A stretch of 64,000 bases of DNA from an uncultured Porphyromonas sp. (GTDB lineage: Bacteria > Bacteroidota > Bacteroidia > Bacteroidales > Porphyromonadaceae): assembly GCF_938039215.1 (NCBI RefSeq), contig NZ_CALHVI010000005.1:14095-78094 (forward strand), given 5' to 3'. Below are positions 57,410 to 64,000 of this stretch, piece by piece. Both the position numbers and the translations under genes were made by a program. Within the stretch, counting starts at the first letter, position 1. Each line of letters begins with the position of its first letter. Below the pieces are notes generated by a model, which was given only the letters and a program-made list of their open reading frames with translations, did no database searches and was not told where the DNA came from.

Positions 57410-57475
57410 CCTATGGTTGTGATTTGTTGTTTGTCGTTGCTGAGCTTTCCCACGAATATATGATGTGGGGGAGCA

Positions 57476-57895
57476 TCAGTCCCAATCCTCGTCCCAGTCG
57501 AAGAAGTCTAGATCCTCGGGAAGATCTTCTGCGAATTGATCGAGATCACGGCGATCTTTTTTTGTAGGTCGACCTAGGCCTTTAGCTCGGTCGACGAAGC
57601 CAGAGATACGCTGGAGCTCAAGGATCTCATACTGAGACTGAGGTGTGACATTCTCCATATACTGGGGCACGAGCTTGGCGCCCACTCGGTGACCCAAGAG
57701 GTCAAGCACACGGAAGGAGTACTCTATCGGAGGTTTGCGGACGGAGATGACTTCTCCTCGCTGCACGAGACGAGAGGGCTTGACGCTCGTCCCCCCTATG
57801 CTGACACGACCTTTCTTGCAGGCATCTGTCGCTATAGAGCGGGTCTTGAATATACGTACGGCCCAGAGCCATTTGTCTACACGAACTTCTTCCAT
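57476..57895 (-). CDS. hslR: S4-domain ribosome-associated heat-shock protein Hsp15
   Basis: RVDKWLWAVRIFKTRS, GRPTKKDRR; start placed at MEEVR, TATCTTTG box at 57917-57924. Confidence 0.9.
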   Translation of the reverse strand: MEEVRVDKWLWAVRIFKTRSIATDACKKGRVSIGGTSVKPSRLVQRGEVISVRKPPIEYSFRVLDLLGHRVGAKLVPQYMENVTPQSQYEILELQRISGFVDRAKGLGRPTKKDRRDLDQFAEDLPEDLDFFDWDEDWD

Positions 57896-58136
57896 ACACT
57901 CCTCAGAGAGTTTCAGCAAAGATATGTAATCTCTATCGAAATATGTTGAGTCTCTCCGGCGCATGGCGATAGAGTACATCTATCTGGCGATACTCTGCCT
58001 GCTCTTAGGTTAAGAAACTACTAAAATGCTCCCGAAAGTTACTGAAAAAAGCGAATAAACAGAGTGTACACACCCACTACTCTATGCCTCGAAAAGAGGC
58101 GCAGAGTAGCACTTGATGGGAAGGTAGAAGCTAGGA

Positions 58137-60797
58137 TTAGGGAGTCTTCAGAAGGCTCTGGATCTCACTCAGCTTGTTCAGCGCTTCGAGTGGTGTGAGG
58201 CTGTCGATCTGTACGGAGAGTAGACGCTCACGGATATCGGAGAGTACGGGATCATCGAGCTGGAAGAAGCTCATCTGTACCCCCGTAGAGATCTGTTCGG
58301 TGGGCAGGGTCTTGGGGGCTTCAGCTCGGCTAACCTGTACCTCTTGTCCGAGGCCTGTGACCTCATGGATATGAGCGGACTCGAGCTGGGTAAGGATCTC
58401 GGAGGCTCTAGTCGTGATGCTCTGAGGCATCCCTCCGAGGCGGGCTACTTGGATCCCGAAGCTATGTTCGCTCCCGCCCCGTACGAGCTTGCGAAGGAAG
58501 AGCATCTTCCCTTCGATCTCTCGGGCGGAGACATTGTAGTTCTTCACTCGGGGAAGGCGAGCTTCGAGGTCGTTGAGCTCATGGTAGTGTGTGGCAAAGA
58601 GCGTCTTGGGGCGACCATGGGGATTGTCATGGAGGTACTCGATGATCGCCCAAGCTATCGAGATCCCGTCGTAGGTGCTCGTCCCACGACCGAGCTCGTC
58701 GAAGAGGACGAGGGAGCGTGGGGTAAGGGCATTGAGGATGCTGGAAGCCTCCTGCATCTCGACCATGAAGGTGGATTCGCCACGTGAGATATTGTCCGAA
58801 GCTCCTACACGGGTGAAGATCCCATCGGTGAGCCCTAGGTGAGCAGCTTCAGCGGGCACGAACGAGCCGATCTGAGCGAGCAGGATGATCAGAGCTGTCT
58901 GGCGTAGGAGGGCGGACTTACCACTCATGTTGGGCCCTGTGATGACCATGATCTGCGTCTCGTCTTCGTCGAGGTGTACATCGTTGGGCACATAGCTCTG
59001 TCCGAAGGGGAGCTGCTGCTCGATGACGGGGTGTCGCCCTGCACGGATGTCGATGGCGAGACCATCATCGACGACGGGGCAAGCATAGCGATCACGCACG
59101 GCGACCTCGGCGAGGGCGGTGAGGCAGTCTACCTCGGCGATGATGCGGGCATTCTGCTGGAGGGCACGGATGAAGCGGGATAGACGCACGAGGAGATCAG
59201 CATAGAGTCGGCTCTCGAGGCTAGCGATACGCTCTTCGGCACCTAGGATCTTCTCCTCGTATTCCTTCAGTTCGGGGAAGATGTAGCGCTCTGCATTGAC
59301 CAGAGTCTGCTTACGAGTCCAGTCCTCGGGTACCTTATCCTTGTGTGTGGAGCGAACCTCCACATAGTAGCCGAAGACATTGTTGAAGGCGACCTTGAGC
59401 GAAGTGATGCCGGTGCGCTCGCTCTCTCGCCGCTGGAGCTGAAGGAGATAGTCCTTGCCGTGGGTGGAGAGCTGACGTAGTTCGTCGAGCTCAGGGTTGA
59501 TGCCTGAGGCTATGGTAGCACCTCGGCCGAGGGCTGAAGGGGGCTCTTCGGTGAGGGTATGCTCGATGTCGGCGATGAGCTCTTCGGTAGGGGCAAGACG
59601 GGTAGCCAGCTGGGCTAGGTCCGTGGAGTCGGAGCTGGAGGCAAGGGCTCCGAGCTGATTGATCTGTCGGAGGGAGACGGCTAGCTGGCGCACTTCACGA
59701 GGAGAGATGCGTCCGACGGCGGCCTTTGAAGCAAGGCGCTCAAGGTCTCCGATGCCTAGGAGGAGTTCGGTGAAGGTGCGGCGGAGCTCATGCCCTCGTG
59801 TGAGGTCACCGACGATACGCTGACGGCGATGGATCTCGCCGAGGTCGATCAGCGGGAAGGAGAGCCAGTGTCTGAGGAGTCGTCCCCCCATGGCGGTCTC
59901 CGTGCGGTCGATGATGTCGAGGAGGCTTTTCCCTTCCTCTCGGTTCATCGGAGCTAGGATCTCAAGGCTTCGGAGGGTGAAGCTGTCTAGGCGCATGTAG
60001 CTCAGACGGTCGATGCTCCGAAGGGTAGTGATGTGCCCGAGCTCGGTGTGGCTCGTCAGCTCTAGATAGTTAAGGATAGCCCCTGCGACGGCGATGGAGG
60101 CAGGGCGCTGCTCGAGGCCTAGCCCCTTGAGGCTCTGCAGGCCGAAGTGGGCGGTGAGCTTGCGGCGATTGTTCTCGACGGCGAAGCTCCAGTCCTCGAC
60201 TTCGAAGACGAAGCCTCGGTAGGAGAAGAGGCGGTCGAGGAGGCTGCGACAGCTTCGCTCGACGAGCACTTCCTTGGGCTGGTAGGAGCTCAGGAGCTTC
60301 TCTAGATGCTCGGGGCTTCCCTCGGAGACGACAAATTCACCCGTAGAGATGTCGAGGAAGGCGATGCTCCCTGGACCCTGTTCCCCAGAGGGAAGGTAGA
60401 CGGCTGCTAGATAGTTGTTCTCCTTGCTTCGTAGCACGTTGTCCCCGAGGACGACTCCTGGGGTGACGAGCTCGGTGATACCTCGCTTGACGAGCTTCTT
60501 CGTCAGCTTGGGATCCTCGAGCTGATCACAGATGGCCACACGGCGACCTGCACGCACGAGCTTGGGAAGGTAGCTGTCTAGGGCATGGTGGGGGAAGCCC
60601 GCCAGCTCGATGTGCATCGCCGAACCATTGGCTCGGCGAGTGAGGGTGATCCCCAGGATCTCGGCGGCAGCGATGGCATCATCGCTGAAGGTCTCATAGA
60701 AGTCACCGACCCGAAAGAGTAGGATCGCATCGGGGTGCTTACCCTTGAGCTCCAGGTACTGCTTCATCAGAGGGGTCTCAGCGATTTTCTTTGCCAT
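58137..60797 (-). CDS. mutS: DNA mismatch repair protein MutS
   Basis: TPLMKQY, FRVGDFYE, GPNMSGKS, STFMVEM, DELGRGTS, FATHYHEL. Confidence 0.98.
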   Translation of the reverse strand: MAKKIAETPLMKQYLELKGKHPDAILLFRVGDFYETFSDDAIAAAEILGITLTRRANGSAMHIELAGFPHHALDSYLPKLVRAGRRVAICDQLEDPKLTKKLVKRGITELVTPGVVLGDNVLRSKENNYLAAVYLPSGEQGPGSIAFLDISTGEFVVSEGSPEHLEKLLSSYQPKEVLVERSCRSLLDRLFSYRGFVFEVEDWSFAVENNRRKLTAHFGLQSLKGLGLEQRPASIAVAGAILNYLELTSHTELGHITTLRSIDRLSYMRLDSFTLRSLEILAPMNREEGKSLLDIIDRTETAMGGRLLRHWLSFPLIDLGEIHRRQRIVGDLTRGHELRRTFTELLLGIGDLERLASKAAVGRISPREVRQLAVSLRQINQLGALASSSDSTDLAQLATRLAPTEELIADIEHTLTEEPPSALGRGATIASGINPELDELRQLSTHGKDYLLQLQRRESERTGITSLKVAFNNVFGYYVEVRSTHKDKVPEDWTRKQTLVNAERYIFPELKEYEEKILGAEERIASLESRLYADLLVRLSRFIRALQQNARIIAEVDCLTALAEVAVRDRYACPVVDDGLAIDIRAGRHPVIEQQLPFGQSYVPNDVHLDEDETQIMVITGPNMSGKSALLRQTALIILLAQIGSFVPAEAAHLGLTDGIFTRVGASDNISRGESTFMVEMQEASSILNALTPRSLVLFDELGRGTSTYDGISIAWAIIEYLHDNPHGRPKTLFATHYHELNDLEARLPRVKNYNVSAREIEGKMLFLRKLVRGGSEHSFGIQVARLGGMPQSITTRASEILTQLESAHIHEVTGLGQEVQVSRAEAPKTLPTEQISTGVQMSFFQLDDPVLSDIRERLLSVQIDSLTPLEALNKLSEIQSLLKTP

Positions 60798-60829
60798 AGT
60801 ATCTAGGGGATGGAGGAGTGAGGAGGGGC

Positions 60830-61240
60830 TTACTTCCCTTCGGGGGAGAGGACATCCTTGAGGAGCTCAGCGAAGAACTCCCCACGGGTGAGGCGGCCGT
60901 GATCGACGACGACACATTCGACTTCGCCACGGGCAGCTAGTGTGCCGTCCAGATGAAGGATATCCTGATGGAAGATGAGCTTAGGGGCACGCATCGAGCA
61001 GCGAATGGCGGAGCGGAAGCTGTCGCCACTGCGCAGGCTCTTCTTGTAGGAGATGGTGACCTTGGTGACGAAGGCATCGAGGCCGTCCTCGTGCATCTGG
61101 CCGAAGTTGGCACCGAGGCTTTCGAGGAATTCATGACGTGTGTGCTCCATGTAGTGCTGGTAGTTGGCGTTGTTCACTACGCCCTGAAGGTCGCATTCGT
61201 AGTCACGGACCTTCATGTCCAAGTTGAAGATGTAATTCAA
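60830..61240 (-). CDS. Acyl-CoA thioesterase (4HBT/YbgC hotdog fold)
   Basis: VRDYECDLQGVVNNANYQHYMEHTR; TAACTTTG box on - at 61331-61338. Confidence 0.9.
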   Translation of the reverse strand: MNYIFNLDMKVRDYECDLQGVVNNANYQHYMEHTRHEFLESLGANFGQMHEDGLDAFVTKVTISYKKSLRSGDSFRSAIRCSMRAPKLIFHQDILHLDGTLAARGEVECVVVDHGRLTRGEFFAELLKDVLSPEGK

Positions 61241-61360
61241 AGCGGTCTTTTTGTTTATAGCCCATATCTAGGGCGGGGGTGAATGAGCCGTAGCTGGTGA
61301 AGGGAGGTATAGCCTTCCGCCACGACGATGCAAAGTTACACGAAATGCCTGAGCTACCCC

Positions 61361-61457
61361 CTCAGAGCGACCTACGGTAGGTCGCCGAAAAAACCTACTG
61401 TGGGTCGTCATCACGACCTACCGTGGGTCGGTAAGGCGACCCACAGTAGGTTTTTTT
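61361..61457 (+). repeat. Four-unit 23-bp-period palindrome array, family B, copy 2 (inverted relative to copy 1)
   Basis: Units with the A at 61370, 61393, 61416, 61439; CTCAGAGCGACCTACGGTAG is the exact reverse complement of 51298-51317. Confidence 0.88.
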
Positions 61458-61697
61458 CGGCCTCGTCGGTGGATGCTCTTCGTGACCCCTCGCAAAGCCT
61501 TATTGTAAGCGACTTTGCGAGGGTCGGAAGTTCGCCGATCGAGAGGCGAAAAAAGAGCGGTTTTTCGGCGAATTTTTCTCGGGCTCAGAAGCCCTGCTTG
61601 GAGCCCTCCTTCGCGGTCCATCAGGAGGGTAGGTGGCGGGGGTAAAATAGGGCGGAAAGACGGGCTTCTGAAAGAATTTACGGAAGTGCGTCGCTCG

Positions 61698-61721
61698 TGT
61701 GGATAAATTTCTGTAATTTTG
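61698..61721 (+). promoter_or_regulatory. gap promoter: consensus DnaA box plus -7 box
   Basis: TGTGGATAA at 61698-61706 and TAATTTTG at 61714-61721. Confidence 0.55.
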
Positions 61722-61775
61722 TAGCGTTGAGGACAATCCTCCATCCAAGGGAACACCTCGGCACCCACCAGATAA

Positions 61776-62813
<1,038 letters not shown>

Positions 62814-62836
62814 GCCACTCCGACCTTCACACCTCT

Positions 62837-62889
62837 AGAAGCCCCTGAATCCTAGGTGCCCTTCGTGGCCTCGGGATCCAGGGGCTTCT
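62837..62889 (+). terminator. Stem-loop after gap
   Basis: AGAAGCCCCTG / CAGGGGCTTCT outer arms. Confidence 0.6.
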
Positions 62890-62946
62890 CCTATTACAGA
62901 CTCTAGGGGGCGAGTGTGAGCTCCTCCTCTGCCATCTCCTACAACT

Positions 62947-64000
62947 ATGACGTTCAAAAGCTTCATGACCAAGACGCATCGCTTCCTCGGAGCGGTGCTC
63001 AGTATCTTCTTCGTCGCTTGGTTCATCTCGGGCCTCGTCCTCATCTATCACAAGTACCCCAAGTACTCGGGGGCTGAGGAGCTGAAGCATAGCGCACGCC
63101 TACCCGAAGCACTCCCTTCGGTCGATAGCCTCCGTACAGTCCTCGCCTCTCAGGCGCTGGATACCCTTCCCCTCGAAGGGCTGGAGCTCACGGGAGGTAC
63201 CTATGCCGATCCTCGTGCTCGCCTCATCGTAAGTCCCGAGGAGGGAGAGCGCCGTGAGCTCGCCTTCGACGGTGATAGCCTCCACGCTCTTGTGCTGGAT
63301 CGGGCTTATCTAGAGAGCATAGCAGGGCGCTGGGATCAGCGTATCGAGCGCATCGACACCCTCGATGACCTCGACCAGTGGACACCCTTTGCTCGCCTTC
63401 GGGATGATCTCCCCTTCTACCGCCTACACCTCACTGGGGGCACAGGGCACGAAGTCTATGTGTCTAGCGTGACGGGAGAGGTACTCCAAGAGTCGACCCG
63501 CAGTGAGCGCCTCTGGTCATGGGTAGGTGCTATCCCCCACTGGATCTACTTCACTTATATCCGTTCGCAGGTAGAGCTCTGGCGCTGGATCATCATTGTC
63601 ATCGGGGCGTTCGGTACGTTCATGGCTTTGACAGGCTTCTACCTAGGGATCGTCCACTACCGTACCCGTGCCAAGAAGAAGGCTAAGAAGCTCTTCTCCC
63701 CCTTCCCACGCAAGCGCTATCAGTGGCACCATTTCTTCGGCACGGTCGGCGGGGTGCTCATCATCGCTTGGGTACTGACGGGCTTGCTCTCGGTGGTGCA
63801 CTATCCTCGCACGGAGACCAAGGATTATCCCGTCGATCGCCTAGAGGGCAAGACCCTTGCTCTCGGCGAGTATAAGACCGACCTCACTACCCTCCGTCTC
63901 GGCGAACCTGAGCTTCGTTCGCTCTCCTTCACTTCGCTGGGTGGGATCCCCATCCTAAGAGCTGAAGGTGGGAAGGACGCTCATTACTATGATGCCCGTA
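62947..64000 (+). CDS. PepSY-associated TM-helix membrane protein, runs off the window end
   Basis: Not in the ORF track (no stop in window). Reads MTFKSFMTKTHRFLGAVLSIFFVAWFISG...DLDQWT...WVGAIPHWIYF...WHHFFG. Confidence 0.8.
   Translation, partial: MTFKSFMTKTHRFLGAVLSIFFVAWFISGLVLIYHKYPKYSGAEELKHSARLPEALPSVDSLRTVLASQALDTLPLEGLELTGGTYADPRARLIVSPEEGERRELAFDGDSLHALVLDRAYLESIAGRWDQRIERIDTLDDLDQWTPFARLRDDLPFYRLHLTGGTGHEVYVSSVTGEVLQESTRSERLWSWVGAIPHWIYFTYIRSQVELWRWIIIVIGAFGTFMALTGFYLGIVHYRTRAKKKAKKLFSPFPRKRYQWHHFFGTVGGVLIIAWVLTGLLSVVHYPRTETKDYPVDRLEGKTLALGEYKTDLTTLRLGEPELRSLSFTSLGGIPILRAEGGKDAHYYDAR

Noticed and set aside
54397..57475. Complete lasso-peptide or PQQ cluster
   Set aside because: No cyclase, B2 protease, precursor, or PqqB/C/E genes.
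51223..61457. CRISPR interpretation of the 23-bp palindrome arrays
   Set aside because: Spacers are only 4-8 bp, repeats are degenerate, and no cas genes are present.

Overview
Chromosomal window from a Bacteroidota bacterium, most likely Porphyromonas-like (SusC/SusD pair, homodimeric GlyRS, TAnnTTTG promoter boxes). The backbone is housekeeping: murC-ftsQ-ftsA-ftsZ, glyS-FKBP-surE-lpxB, ROK kinase, recG-ispD-xseB, queA, EptA-family transferase, rlmH, trpS, MazG-deoC, GT3 glycogen synthase, lpxH, hslR, mutS and gap. Inserted into it are small accessory islets, most of them visibly more AT-rich: an RloB-like C-terminus at the left edge, a TPR gene with 138-bp tandem repeats, a GNAT-PUA + ASCH pair, and a TIR + membrane-protein pair with its own promoter and terminator. 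The last two are the best candidates for uncharacterised defence/signalling systems. The lpxB-ROK intergenic region (about 15.77-16.15 kb) looks like the replication origin (DnaA-box cluster, tandem boxes, GCC, DnaA-trio-like run, AT-rich tract). Other notable parts: a BtuB/BtuG/BtuH-like uptake locus extended by two classes of LRR lipoprotein with no visible cobalamin riboswitch, an orphan PqqD/RRE-nucleotidyltransferase-ABC trio, and several intergenic arrays of palindromes that share a ~23-bp period. No rRNA, tRNA, transposase, integrase or CRISPR-cas was recognised. All family calls come from reading motifs by eye; no searches were run.
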